DNA of 59,681 nucleotides from Octopus sinensis (GCF_006345805.1 NW_021832977.1:1-59681); one strand, 5' to 3'; positions 1 to 13,197 are shown, numbered from the stretch's first letter. Made by a program: numbers and translations. Notes: a model not told the origin generated them from the letters alone.

Positions 1-128
1 ATACATGCATACATACATGCATACATACATACATACATACAACATACATACATACATACATACATACATACATACATACATACATACATACATACATGCA
101 TACATACATACATACATGCATACATACA
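1..128. repeat. (ATAC)n microsatellite
   Basis: Near-perfect tetranucleotide array. Confidence 0.95.
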
Positions 129-864
129 ATGATGTTCATCACATTTTCCTCGCTCGTTTACAATGAATCAAACAGGATATGTACTATTCAAAGGAAACAG
201 TCAACATGATGCGTCAGTCATGTGACTACCTAAAATCTTCCTGTGTTTCGTGGTACCCGTTACAATATTAGCAAAAAGCACTGGTTAGTTATGTAATACA
301 TTGGCAGGGAAATCATTAACGTACTTTTCCCGGAACTAAATCTATTTATGATTTGGCTAGAAACTTCAATGAGTCTAGGTGCTAGGCTGGGTGACTAACC
401 TCTGAGTGATGAGGACATTCAAAAAGAAAAAAAAAAGAAAAAGAAAAAATATAATATATACAGGAATAATAGGAAAATGAGTGATGACTGCGGTATGAAA
501 AGGTGTATCGTGTACACTTTCATGTGTTAGCATAAATAGCAAACACTTCATTGAATATTTCTTTATAGTCATTTTACCGCTGCACCTCTCTCTCACACTT
601 TCTCTCCTACTCCGCCACTCTCCATTTCCCTCTCACTCCCTCTCTCTCCCTCTCTCTCTTTCTCTCTCTCACTCATTCTCCCAACTCTCTCGCTCTCTCT
701 CCCTATATGTACATGCTGTATGTGCGTACACAGGTATATGTACATATATATATATATACATATATATACGCAGACATGCATGCACACACACATACTTGCA
801 TGTACGCATATATGTTGTGTTCGAGGCAACGTATATATATGTTTATATATATAAATGCATATAT

Positions 865-899
<35 letters not shown>

Positions 900-1029
900 C
901 ACATACGACGCACACACATATATCCATACCTGCATATATACACATTTGTGTCGTTGTGTTCAACTTTAAATATCCGTGTCTGGATTTTAAATGCCTTTGC
1001 ATGTGGTTGTATGTACATAATTATATGTT

Positions 1030-1182
1030 CCTGTGTAGTAAGTTACTTGCTTCCCAACCACATTGTTCCGGGTTCAATCCCCCTACGTGACCACTTGGGC
1101 CAGTGTCTTCTGCTATAGCTTCGCGCCGACCAAACCGTTGTCAGTGAATTGGGTAGATGGAAACTGAAAGAAGACCGTTGCA
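1030..1182 (+). mobile_element. tRNA-like SINE family A, 5' half
   Basis: ctgtgtagtaagttacttgcttcccaaccacattgttccgggttcaatcc...gaaactgaaagaagaccg is shared with more than 10 copies in the window; B-box-like GGTTCAATCC; followed by (TATC)n. Confidence 0.85.
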
Positions 1183-1268
<86 letters not shown>

Positions 1269-1300
1269 ATCTATCTATCTATCTAGCTATATATATATAG

Positions 1301-1473
1301 TTAATCCAAACATGAAAGCACAAAAAAACACAACAACGCGAGGACGTGGAACAAATATAATATTATTTGACGCTCAGGAAAGAAGGTAAGAAGGAGGGTT
1401 TAACGTTTCGAGCGGAGCTCTTCGTCGGAAACAGAGGAGAAGGAAAGATCCCGAGAAGGGAAGACAGAGGAAA
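1301..1473 (-). mobile_element. Non-coding HHR-bearing module (PLE pLTR/retrozyme-like), copy 1, in (TA)n
   Basis: aatccaaacatg...gaggacgtggaacaaata...tttcgagcggagctcttcgtcggaaac is homologous to 14591-14737 and 18340-18500; TA repeats on both sides. Confidence 0.75.
1398..1432 (-). ncRNA. Minimal type-I hammerhead ribozyme-like motif (U4->C variant)
   Basis: Minus strand: GTTT-CCGACGA-A-GAGC tcc GCTC-GAAA-CG-TT-AAAC. Stem I GTTT/AAAC, stem II GAGC/GCTC, palindromic AACGTT at stem III. Confidence 0.65.
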
Positions 1474-1625
1474 TATATATATATATATATTATATATATA
1501 TATTATATATATATATACATACATACATATATCTATATCTATATATTCATATACATACATACATATATACATATATATATATATCTATATATATATATAT
1601 ATATTATATATATATATATATATAC

Positions 1626-1685
<60 letters not shown>

Positions 1686-1699
1686 ATATATATACTTAT

Positions 1700-1866
1700 A
1701 TACGACCGGCTTGTTTCAGATTCCGTCTCCCAAAACAACTCACAAGGCTTTGATCGCTTCGAGGCTATAGTAGAAGGCACTAGCCCAAGGTGCCACGCAG
1801 TGGGACTGAACCCGGAACCAAGTGGTTCGTAAGGAAGCTACTTACTACACAGCCAACCCCCGCTCC
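1700..1866 (-). mobile_element. SINE family A, 5' half
   Basis: Reverse complement of the 1030-1182 consensus. Confidence 0.85.
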
Positions 1867-2082
1867 CATTGGTTCTGTGAACACTGCGATTTTACTCATT
1901 CAAAACGTGGTAGTATAATAATAATGAGAGCCGTATAATAACTTGCGTACCTAAACAATTCTAAGTGTGTATGCCAAAAAGGATTCAAAATTTGAAAGGT
2001 CCTCAGTATATTCAGAGGAACCTAATTAGGTCTAACAGCTTTTTAACTATGAATGTGATCAAACACACAAATGAGAGCACAA

Positions 2083-2770
2083 TACCAGGTCTGAGCAATA
2101 AGTATTCGGGCTGTTGTCATAGTAACGAAGCTAAAGCACGCAGAGTAAAGCCACTTGGCACAGACTGAGTTGTGACTCTACTCTGCATGTGCATTAAGTT
2201 TCAACACTCTAGCTCACTTCTGCTTAGAAGAAAGGTGTTTAGCCTGTGAGCATCGCATTGACCATGCCCAGAGGCATACGCAAAGTTGCAGAAAGGGTAT
2301 GGAAAGAAGTGTATGAGCTGCACACAAGTGTATTAGTGGTTCAGACATTTCGAACATGGCCGAAAAAAAAACGTCGATATAGACGAACGTTCTAGATCTG
2401 CAACCAGCAGAACTGAGAAAAACATTGCAGATGTGTGTGCAACTATGAAGGGAAATCGTCCACTCAGCATCCACGAGTTATCAAGGATGTGCAGATTAGT
2501 TACGGTTCAGTTCAGTCCATTATTATTGAAGATTTGAGTATGAGATGCGTGTCTACCAAATTTCTGCCAAAATTGCTTTCAGCTGATCAAAACTTTGGAG
2601 TGTCAGTTGTACAATATCTCCTTGATTGTGTCGAGATCGATGAAAATATGTTGTAAACCTTGCGAAGGTTTCTGAGCAGGTATCGTCAAGCTTTGGCAAA
2701 ATTTGATGTAGACTCTCTGCTCAACGTTGTCATGTTCAATGCGGTGATCGCGCGTTACACACTTTGCTTC
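2083..2770 (+). mobile_element. Degenerate mariner transposon fragment
   Basis: TIR-like start taccaggtctgagcaataagtattcgg; peptide IIIEDLSMRCVSTKFLPKLLSADQ resembles mariner LGMRRVSAKFVPKLL (WVPHEL region). Confidence 0.7.
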
Positions 2771-2824
2771 CAACCACGTATGTTTAAAAGAATTCTATTT
2801 CATTAAAGAAAAAAAACTTTTATC

Positions 2825-3084
2825 TTTTACGGGTTTCAGCCAATAGACTGTGGCTATACTGGGGCACCGCCTTCAATAATTTTTAGTCTAATGAATCGTC
2901 CCTTGTACTTATTTTTTTCTTTTTTCTTTTAAGAGTGATCATTGCTCTGTTGGTCTCTTATGCCGAACCGCATAGTTATGGAGACGTAAACACACCAAAT
3001 CCGGTTGTCAAGCGATGGTGAGTGACAAACGCTAACACAAAGACACACACACACATACACATATATACGTATATATATACATAC

Positions 3085-3167
<83 letters not shown>

Positions 3168-3275
3168 ATATTGATAGAAATGGCAAGACAACAAAGAATA
3201 AAAGAGACCTCGATAGTAAATAGAGGAATTTATCTGTAAATATATGTGGGCTACCGAATAATTGTCACATATTAT

Positions 3276-3363
<88 letters not shown>

Positions 3364-3545
3364 TATATATATATGTGTGTACGACGGGTCTTTTTCAGTT
3401 TTCGTCTCCCCATTCCACTCACAAGATTTTCGTCGGTTCGAGGCTATAGTAGAAGACATTAGTCCACGGTACCATACAGTGGGAGTGAACCCGGAACCAT
3501 GTGGTTGGAAAGCAAGCTTCTTCATATGCACCACCACCTGCGCCT
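2825..3545 (-). mobile_element. Full SINE family A split by expanded internal microsatellites
   Basis: Head 3380-3545 and tail 2825-3045, separated by (TA)n/(CA)n that contain a unique ~110-bp insert (3171-3280). Confidence 0.75.
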
Positions 3546-4129
3546 GTAAGTAAAGATTTTAAAATTTTTTATTTGATTTCGGTAAAGATTTTTTAAAAAT
3601 ACTTTTTTAACTGTAAGCTTTAGGCTTCTCTGATTTAAGGAAATCCCTTATACTTGGGGAACACAAATTAGGGAGTCCTTGGTCATGACATTTATTCGCT
3701 CCTAGGTAAATCTGGCTCTGTTCACATTATATGTCGTTTAGAAATAATAGTATACCAGTTGCACAGCGTAATCAGTGGAGCAGCTACTGGAAGTGGAACC
3801 TAAAATGGCCCTTGAATGTGTCGCCGATTCCACCACAACCACCATCTCAGGGCCTCCAACCAGTACAAGCTTTATACAGCAGACAAAAAAATTTCACTTC
3901 CCTAAAAGCGTCGCCCGAGGCTGATGGAAACTTTGGGGACGTTAAGTACGTCATAGTTACAAAATCGTTAAAAGAAATGGAGAGCGCATCGAAATATCGA
4001 AATATTCACTGTCGCAACCAAATACAGTGATTTGTGTATAAATGTAGATATATTTCCCTGTTATATGTATATATAAAAATACGTGCAACAGCATGCATGT
4101 ACACATATACATATGCCATGCGCCTACAC

Positions 4130-4133
<4 letters not shown>

Positions 4134-4188
<55 letters not shown>
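4134..4188. repeat. (CT)n microsatellite
   Basis: Perfect dinucleotide run. Confidence 0.95.
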
Positions 4189-4191
<3 letters not shown>

Positions 4192-4580
4192 TCACAAACA
4201 CACATATATGAACACGTACATATACAGGCACACATATATAAACATCTGCATACATATTTATATACATATAAATACATATGTGTGTGTGTGTGTCACTGTG
4301 TGTGTGTTTGTATGTGTGTGTATGTATTTCTATATATGCATGCATATGTATGGCTGTGTGTGTGCAATTATGCATATGTATATATGCAATATATCATGAT
4401 ATTGAGTTATGTTATATAGATTATTATAAAGATGTTTAAATGAATTTTTTTCTTATGTATGTACTTGGATATTCTATATTCTGTCTTTCACTTCAAATAT
4501 TTCCCTACACACACACACACACACACTCATACACACACATGTGTATACATATATACACACATATATGTATGTATATATAT

Positions 4581-4661
4581 ATATATGCATCCACATCTAC
4601 CTTTACATGTATGCATATATGTATATATATATATATATATATATACATACATACTTATATA

Positions 4662-4720
<59 letters not shown>

Positions 4721-4880
4721 GTGTGTGTGTGTATGTATGTATATATATAAATATATACATATATGCATACATGTAAAGGTAGATGTGGATGCATATACAT
4801 ATATATATATATATACATACATACATGCTTATATATATATATATATATATGCATCCACATCTACCTTTATATATATGCAT
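4581..4880. repeat. Direct-inverted-direct triplication of a ~35-bp unit
   Basis: tgcatccacatctacctttacatgtatgcatatat at 4586-4620, its reverse complement at 4760-4794, and direct again at ~4850-4880. Confidence 0.9.
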
Positions 4881-5319
4881 ACATATATAAATGTATATAT
4901 ATCTACGCATACACGTGCATACATACATCATATATCGATATATGTGTAGATACTTGTCCACACATTTAGAGAAAAATTGAGATGTACAGACATGTATTGT
5001 GCACATACATACACACAGATATACACACCCTCACACACACACACGGATACACACGCATGTGCATAACACACATATACACGCGTATTCACACAACCACACA
5101 AACACACCCTCATGCTAGTATCAGCGAAGATATATGCATGTAGTAACATGAAATATACTCCCTTATTATAGCTGTACATCCATATTTTTGCAGGAACTGC
5201 ATGTAAAAACAATAAATTTACTTGTTGATAATTTTATTAAACATTAAAATCTCTTTGATGTTGTTTTTTCTGTCATTATATTGACTGGCGCTTCAATTCA
5301 ATCATAGCCATCTAGAGCA

Positions 5320-5890
5320 GCAACAGCGCCGCTATTAACAACATCAACAGCGGCAACCACCACCACCACCACTATCAACACCACCACCAACACAACTGTC
5401 AGGAACATCACCATTGCCATCGCCACCAACGCTTCCACCAGACATTATTACTATCACCATCGTTAAGACAGCACCAGTAACAAAAGCCACCACTACCAGC
5501 GCCCTCACCAACACCACCACCACCACTAAATAATAACAACAGCAACTCTACTACTACATCACCAACAGCAGCCATACAATTACAACTACCGTCAACGCCA
5601 CCACCACTTATCGAATGCCATCTTTAATACCACCACCACCACCACACCATTATCATCATCGCTACAACCACTGCTACCATCAATACCTCTACCACCACCA
5701 CCAACACCATAGCAACAAATTCCATCATTACTACTACTACTACTACTACTACTACAATACCACCACCACCACTCTCACCATCGCTACTACCACTTCCACT
5801 AACAACAGCAACTACGACAATAAAATTAAAATAACATTAACAACTATACAATCACCACCACTTACCTCCCACCATGACGACCACTCCTTT
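5320..5890. repeat. Degenerate (ACC/ACT/AAC)n trinucleotide low-complexity tract
   Basis: Mixed caccac/tactac/caacaa runs. Confidence 0.85.
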
Positions 5891-5909
5891 AACTACGAAT
5901 ATCCATTCG

Positions 5910-6120
5910 ACCATAGACCTAAGTCTTGAAATTTGGTAGGGAGCGGGTTAGTCAATTGCATCGACTCCATTGCTCGACTGGTACATATTTTATCGTGTCA
6001 AAAGTATGAATGTCAAGGTCGACCGCGGCAGAATTTGAAATTGGAGCATAAAGACGGACGAAATGTTGCTTAACATTTTATCTGGTGTGCTAACGATTCT
6101 CTTAGAACACCACCTCAGTA
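5910..6120 (-). mobile_element. SINE family B
   Basis: gtcgacc(t/g)cggcggaatttgaa...gacgaaatg...aacgattct motif recurring about 20 times in the window. Confidence 0.8.
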
Positions 6121-6354
6121 ACATCGGTTTCGAATTTTGGCACAAGGCCAGCAATTTCAGCGAAAAATGTTCTCCATGACAAAACACAGCGAATGTCTTG
6201 CTTACGAGTTCGAACGTATCACTGGCATATTCGAACTGGTAATAACTTTGCATTTATATACATCGCTGCTTAGAGCTCCCATCCCGTTCCACAAATAGAT
6301 GCAGCATTCCCAACACTGCCATGTACACTACCATTAACACTACCACCACTCAGT

Positions 6355-6490
6355 TTTATTTACAAAATTTCCTCAGAAACCATGGGTCGGCTCGGGGCCT
6401 TATCAGAAGATCTTTGTCCAAGAAACCACGCATTGACACTTAACCCGGAACCACGCGGTTGAAAAGCGTGCGTCTCAACTACACAGCCGC
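6355..6490 (-). mobile_element. SINE family A head, diverged
   Basis: aacccggaaccacgcggttg...actacacagcc. Confidence 0.65.
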
Positions 6491-6967
6491 ATGTATAAAA
6501 AGAATGGAAAACTGTACGAAGCTTAAGTGGCTTTGATTTTACTTTTACACAGGCAAGATTGCATCGGTTCTAAACACCAAGAGTAGCATCATGTGCCTTA
6601 TATTCTATTATCCCAGGTCTTACTGAAATCAGAAACACGGTCGTAATTACATAAAATGCAAGCACTCTTATGTTTGGAGCAGTTATCCATAGAATTTCTT
6701 AATCTTGAACGAGTTCTTAACGTCTTTTGGAGGCCTAACCACCAAAGCAGTATATAGAATTGACATTTATTTTTTGAAACAACTACAACAGTTTTATTCT
6801 ATTTTATTTAATGAATGTCTTGAGGGAGATATTCCACCAATATCTTTGTTTGAATATAAGTTACGTAACCAAAGAATGCGCTGGCATGAGTTTGATTCCT
6901 CTAAAGATCTAGGCGCTCTAAAGTTCTTAGCTTTATGTAAAAGAAAATACAGGAGGCTCATTTGTTT

Positions 6968-7062
6968 ATGATTTTGCTCAACATATTCCTCTCTCAGATT
7001 CACACATTCAATGCAGCGGTCCTTGAGTTTTTCTAAGCTCTGTGAAAGGACTCAGAAGGTTA
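6968..7062 (-). mobile_element. Mariner transposase C-terminal scrap
   Basis: Minus strand LEKLKDRCIECVNLREEYVEQ resembles mariner KL..RW.KCI...GDYVE. Confidence 0.5.
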
Positions 7063-7384
7063 GGCCACCAGGCAGGCCTTTCACGGTACCCTTAAAGCTA
7101 GGAACTTTTCAGCACCGCCTTGTAAGATTATACAGCAGACAGAAAACTGCCGTCCTATAAAAGCATCGCCCGCCTCTAGCTACGCTACAGATCTAGTTTT
7201 TCTTCATCTTATTCCAGTGTAAACTGTCAAGTGTTGGCTGAACGATACTTGGTTGCTATTTCTAGCAAGTAGAGTGACAGCATAGTGATTCCAACCTAAG
7301 TTGGTAATAGATGTAGCTGTCATAGTATGGATTTTAGTGTTGATAGCGCTTAAGGTACAAATAGGACGGTTCGTAAACATCGGT

Positions 7385-7570
7385 TTCAAAATGTAGCACA
7401 AGGCCAGTAAGTCGATTGCATCGAAGCCAGTACTCAATTGTTACTTATTTTATCGACCCCAAAAGATTAAAAGGCGAATTCGACCTAGGCAGAATTTGAA
7501 CTTGGGACTTAAATGCGGGCGAAATGCCGCTAAGCATTTTGTCTGGTTTGGAGACTATTCTGCCAGCTTC
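7385..7570 (-). mobile_element. SINE family B
   Basis: ttatcgacccc...aaaggcgaattcgacctaggcagaatttgaact...ctgccagct. Confidence 0.8.
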
Positions 7571-7663
7571 ATGGATTGGTAAATATTACGGTAATGACAT
7601 TAGCTGCAAGGGTGTTTGTGATGGATCTCATGATATTATTATCATCATTATAACATCATAGTA

Positions 7664-8030
7664 TTATTATCTCCGCCTTGGCAGAGGCGGTGGTATTGTT
7701 TTTTCAGTTGTGTTTGTTTGTCCGTGGACAAAATATCTCAAAAACCACTGGATGCATTCGGATGAAACCTTCAGAAATGTTTGGCCTCGTGACTAGCACG
7801 AACTTATTAGATTTTAAGATCAATCGGGGGCTGAGCAAGGATTCTGAATAATTTTTCCTGTTTTCTTAATTAATTTTTGAGAGCGGTCGAGTTCATTTTT
7901 AATATTCTCGTTTGTGAGAGCAGTCGAGTTTATTTCAGATATTCTCCTTTTAAAAATCATCCCTGGCTAATCATTGAGAGGACGTTGATGTTGCCTTGGC
8001 GTAAGTTTGCACTCTCTGAGTGCTCTTGTT
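7664..8030 (+). mobile_element. Non-autonomous Helentron-type (HINE/DINE-1-like) element
   Basis: 5' ttattatctccgcc subTIR with nearby partial inverted copy; 3' ccttggcgtaagt followed by hairpin GCACTC-tct-GAGTGC (8009-8023); T-rich flanks. Confidence 0.6.
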
Positions 8031-8067
8031 ATTATTATAATATCATGATATTATGAAATAATATCGA

Positions 8068-8650
8068 TCTGGCAGAATCGTTACACTCCCGGCAACATGC
8101 TTAGCGGCATTTAATCCATTATCACGTTTTGAGGTCAAATTCTACCTTGCTTTTCAGTGTCAATAAAATAAATATCAGTTGATCAACGTAATCGACTTTC
8201 CAACTCCGCCCAAATTTCAGGATTTGTGCCTATATTAGTAAAGATTGTTAAGGCGGCCAGCTGGCAGAATCGTTAGGACACATGAGGAAATGCTTAGTGG
8301 TATTTCGCTCGTTGCTACATTCTGAGTTCAAATTCCGCCAAGGTCGAATTTTCCTTTCATCCTTTCGGGGTCGATAAATTATTACCATTGAAACACTAGG
8401 GTCGATGTGGTCGACCAGGACCCTCTTACAAAATTTCATGCTTTGTGCCTATAGTAGAGTGGATTATCAAAGCGGTGAACTGAGCGAAATGCTTAGAGGT
8501 ATTTCGTCTGCTACTACGTTCTTGTTCAAATTCTACCAATGTCGACTTTGCCTTTTATCATTTCGGAGTTGATAAAACCTATTTCAGGGTTGATAAGGTC
8601 TATTTCGGGATTGATAAAACCTATTTCGGGGTTGAATGGACTTACTTTGA
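8068..8650 (+). mobile_element. Three tandem SINE family B copies
   Basis: Heads ctggcagaatcgtta at ~8069 and ~8261; a third copy from ~8470 ends in a minisatellite. Confidence 0.8.
8560..8635 (+). repeat. 21-bp minisatellite (3.6 copies) derived from SINE B core
   Basis: atttcggagttgataaaacct / atttcagggttgataaggtct / atttcgggattgataaaacct / atttcggggttga. Confidence 0.85.
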
Positions 8651-9244
8651 AGTAAGTGGCGGTGGATAGACGAAGGACACCTACTGGGGTGCCCCTTGGT
8701 TGTACCTGGGTGTAACACCCATCCTTTGGAGGTATTTTATTGTGGAATTGTTGTCGGTAGTTGTTCATGTTCTACTTTTGTTATACAAAATTTTGTGCTA
8801 AACCTCACTTGTCAATTGTGTTGTATTGCACTTTTTTTGTTTTAATATCCGCCCCTCGGGCAAATAAAGAAAACATTATTATTATTATCATTATTATTAT
8901 TATTATCATCAGCATCATCATCATTATTATTATTGTTATTATTATTATTATTATTATAAATGTGGCAAGCTGCGTTCTGACAGACCTACAACATCACCAA
9001 CTACTCCAGCAAAACAAATCGTCAACATACCTTCCGCTGTCACAACCAGGTCCACGAAGACTACGACAACTGCAACAACTCACGAGAAGAAAACTTTTCC
9101 AGCAGTAACAACCAACTATAAAAACACATAACTTCATGAGGGTTAACAAAGTATTCTCATATCACGAAGTACATCGAGAGAGATGTTGAGATCTTCGGCA
9201 CTGTCAACATGTTAAACGTCAGAATCACCGACGATGGTGCGTAT

Positions 9245-9400
9245 GCGTCGTTGCGTTCTGAATTAAAATTCCACTGAGGTCGACATTGCTTTTCATCCTT
9301 CCGGAGTCGATAAATTAAGTACCAGTAAAACACTGAGGTCGATGTAACTGACTCATCCCCTCCCCACAAATTTCAGACCTTGTGCCTTTGGCAGAAATGA
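9245..9400 (+). mobile_element. SINE family B, 5'-truncated
   Basis: cgttctgaattaaaattccactgaggtcgac...tcgataaattaagtaccag. Confidence 0.8.
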
Positions 9401-9610
9401 TTATTATTATCATTTCTGTCTAGAGCTGCCGGTCGTGTATTTGGAGGTCTGTGAATTTTTCTTTAAATTTGTTGTTTTACGTCTTGTTTTTTCCAATTTC
9501 ATTGAACTGTTGTGTTTGTAGCTGAGCTCGCCACAAGCATTTTTGAAATTCTTTTCCCTCCACTTCCAAATGCGGTTGAGGGGGAGAGGAAGAGTAGCAG
9601 TAACACCACC

Positions 9611-9642
<32 letters not shown>

Positions 9643-9739
9643 CAAAAACAACAACAATCCCGTTAGCACTGACGGCAGCATGAGGGAGGAAGCGGAGGAG
9701 ACAACTAACACCGCCACCACCACTGCCATTACCAGGACC

Positions 9740-12105
9740 AACCAAACAACAAAAATAAGCAGGAAGATGAAGAGAAGGGAAGAGGAATTCCTTCAAGTGA
9801 AGCACCTGCATTTGTTGCCACCGCTGCCACTACCACATCAAAGAAGGGAGAAAGCGGACTTGCAGAAATGTGCCGCAGGATGGAAGTGGTGAAATTGCCA
9901 GAAACTGTCTTGGCTAGTGCAAATATGCATCTAACAAGAACTGGAGGAGCAGTCCATCAGAACACGCCAAAGGAGGTGAAAGAAGAGAGACGGAAATAGA
10001 CTATAATATAGACATGTATATCCTTAAAGACGGCCCTAAGATATGACGGTAAAAAACAAAATCCGTCACAGCAACAATTTGAACACAAATCAACACCAAC
10101 ATCAACATCTTCACAAAACAAACCTATTTTACGAACACATTCACAACCACAAAAATAAAAGCACCCGAGAAACAATATGACCAGCAGTCACACTCTCGGG
10201 TACGTGCTTCCTTTATCAGATTCACTGTTGTTCAGAAGAGCAACATTGAATTGATTGAGGAAGTAATTAATAATAATAAAAAAAGAACACTATACGTGGA
10301 GAAGGTTTTGCGGAACATCTAGAAAACTCAACCGCGCAGTAGGTTAATCCAAACAGACACAGATGCGTATCTTGATTTGAAAGAGAAAGTCCCTCAGGCA
10401 TTGAAGGGTTTAGCAAGTACCAAATAACGAACTTTGTAGAAAATCCCTTCCACGCTACTTACTCCATCAAAAAGAATTCTGTCAACAGTCATCCATAGAG
10501 ACCAAAGAACGTAACTCCATTTTCCCGATTTAGAGTTGGTCGTGTAAATGTTCGGGGCCTGGGTTTAGCTTGGAAGCAGGGTCACCTGCGCATCGATCTC
10601 AGGTCCCTCAATTTAGATGTAACAGGAATTAGTGAGACAAGAATTGCTGGGAAAAATTCACTTTTAAACCATTTTGAAGTAAGGGTAATCTTAGACTCAG
10701 ACGGTAGGTTGGTGGTCTTAGATGTGAATGGCAGTGAAGGTAATACCTTTAGATTGGTGGCTGAGTATGCTCCGCAGGGACTGGGAGGCCAGATTTCTTC
10801 TGGTGCCTAGAAATATTCCTGGGAACGTCTTGCACTTCAGTACTAGTGGTGGACTGAAATAGTATTTTGGATGCACGGAAGGACTGTATGGGTTTAGCAA
10901 ATAGGAGTAGAGAATGTAACAGCCTCGAAAACCTGCTCAGAAACTTCCTGCTTTCTGACAGATATCGACTGGAATTCCACCACACTTAGATATCGACTGG
11001 AATTCCCTGATGTGTCAGTGTGGAGCAATCGAAATAGGTTATCCAGATCGTATCCTGATGGAGTATTTGTTAGGTCAGTGGATAAGGATAGTATAGGGTG
11101 TCCATAGTTCAAATTGGTCGGCTACACAACCACAAATTTGTGATCTGCACAGTCGATTTAGATAAGATGCCTAGATAGGCACCCGGTTACTGGAATTTGA
11201 ACGCGTCCTTTTCGACGCACAAAGACTACAGGGACCGGATTAGCGAACTAGTTAAGCGGCAGTTGACGGGTTGACGGGGGAAATCGTTAATCGCAACTAT
11301 TTGCTGGGGGCGATAGGTCAACGACGATAGCGGACTTTAGTTCATCCCTAGATGATCTGCCACGGCTCTCGGCAGTGGACGTGAGGTTCTGCGAAAAGCC
11401 GATAACGGCCACTGAATACGAGAGGTGATGAGCGATTGCACAAGTCACAAATCGCCAGGTTTAGATGATCTGCTCTTTGAATTCTATGTATTCATGCCAG
11501 ATTTCTTTGAGGACCACTTGGCAGACGGGAGAGTTCTCACTGCTGTTAGTCGGGGTGTGGTGTTACTGCCGGAGAAGGATGCAGACAGTGGTGATATACT
11601 AGAGAATATTCGGCACATAATTCTGCAAAACATATAGTATGCAGTGTCTGCATACGTGGACAACGTCACCGTCATGGTGTGGAGGCCTCTAAAACGGAGA
11701 CAGTTGACTCCATTCCAGAAGAACGTGAGTCTGTGTCAGTGGCTAAAATCAATGCCGAGAAGTCAGCGGGCTTGCGACTGGTGGCCTGAAGAGGCAGGTC
11801 GATGTCGTCGGACGCTGGACTGAGGGACCAGTTAAACTGCTCGGGATCTGATTTGGTCCCAACCTCCAGGTGGTTAAGAACTGGGATGAGGTGACGAACA
11901 GGGTGGTTGAGTCTTACCCAGAAATGGGCTATTAGGGGGCCGTGCTTGAAAGGTCGGGCAATGATGGCGAATGCCTACCTCACCTCCGTTATTATTTATC
12001 GTCTAACCGCCGTACCTTGCCCAAAGTGATTGCTTGATGAAGTCGGAGCGTCATTTCTTCATGTCCTAGTGGAAGGGATGCGTTCCAATGCACCATAAGG
12101 TGGTC
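9740..12105 (+). pseudogene. Degenerate Tx1/L1-clade LINE (possible ORF1 remnant, APE endonuclease and RT remnants)
   Basis: GRVNVRGLG...DVTGISETR (~10540-10640), DSDGRLVVLDVNGSEGNTFRLVAEYAP, GYWNLNAS, KSPGLDDLLFEFY, AYVDNVTV; many stops and deletions; ends at the ATT element near 12110. Confidence 0.8.
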
Positions 12106-12120
12106 AATCTTATTATTATT

Positions 12121-12639
12121 GAGCGAGCGAGCAGTGAAAACCATCAAAGTGACACTGGGGTAAAATATACGAAGCCCAGTATACCCATCAGGACTACCCG
12201 TCTGATAAGGGTACACTAGGCACATGCATCACAACCATGTGCGCTACATGGTGATATCATATCAAGATAAACAGCACATGACCTTGCAGGTGGGGCCCAG
12301 TTAGAATTTTCTTCTGGTCGAGTAACCCTTTTCGCTCAAAAGGTCCCTGAATAAGGATCTTGAACGAAACACCCATGTTTCCTGAGGTGAATTATTCAAA
12401 CTCGAAAGAATCCCTCTCAATACATGGCTATGATGCTCCCCCACTACTGCTGCTCGTGATCAGAGATGCACATATCGTCAGCCGCTAAGGGGCATGCTCA
12501 ACTGGTTAAGGTCAAATAACTGACAAGCATATCTGTGGTATTGAGTAGAATATTTGCTGTAGCCCATCATTTATGCCAAGACAAAACAATGTACATGATA
12601 ACACTTTCAATCAGTTAAGATCAGAAGCCATGAGAGCCA

Positions 12640-12640
<1 letters not shown>
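12121..12640 (+). mobile_element. ~520-bp (ATT)n-flanked non-autonomous element, copy 1 (orientation arbitrary)
   Basis: Closely similar to 36085-36523, 36952-37285 and 37458-37770; bounded by ATT repeats on both sides. Confidence 0.85.
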
Positions 12641-12700
<60 letters not shown>

Positions 12701-12746
12701 ATTATTATTATTAATATTATTATTATTATCATTATTATTATTATTA

Positions 12747-12824
<78 letters not shown>

Positions 12825-12833
12825 TATTATTGT
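12641..12833. repeat. (ATT)n microsatellite
   Basis: Direct read. Confidence 0.95.
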
Positions 12834-13017
12834 TAATCATTCGTAATCGACTTTAATGTCGCTTTCGGCGTCGGTAAAATATGTACCAGTTGAGTACTGT
12901 GTTCACCCTCCCCTCAAAATTTCTGGCTCTGTGCCAACATTTGGAGAAAAATATATCATGATCATTATTATCGCTATCATTAAATGTTGTTGTTTTTATT
13001 AATATTATTGTTATTAG

Positions 13018-13108
13018 TTATAGTAGTAGTAGAAGTAGCATAGGAGCAGCAGCAGTAGTAGCACTTGCAGTAGTAGTAGTTGTAGTAGTAATAGTAGTAG
13101 TAGAAGTT

Positions 13109-13185
<77 letters not shown>

Positions 13186-13197
13186 GGTGGTGGTGGA
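13018..13197. repeat. (TAG)n/(TGG)n microsatellite
   Basis: Direct read. Confidence 0.9.

Noticed and set aside
8560-8635. Possible CRISPR-like array
   Set aside because: Contiguous tandem units with no spacers; eukaryotic SINE origin.
10960-11008. 19-bp direct duplication agatatcgactggaattcc
   Set aside because: Local slippage duplication inside a dead LINE; no functional implication.
12145-12220. Twister or HDV-like ribozyme in the ATT element
   Set aside because: Local pairings exist (ctggg/cccag), but loop lengths and pseudoknots do not fit either consensus by eye.
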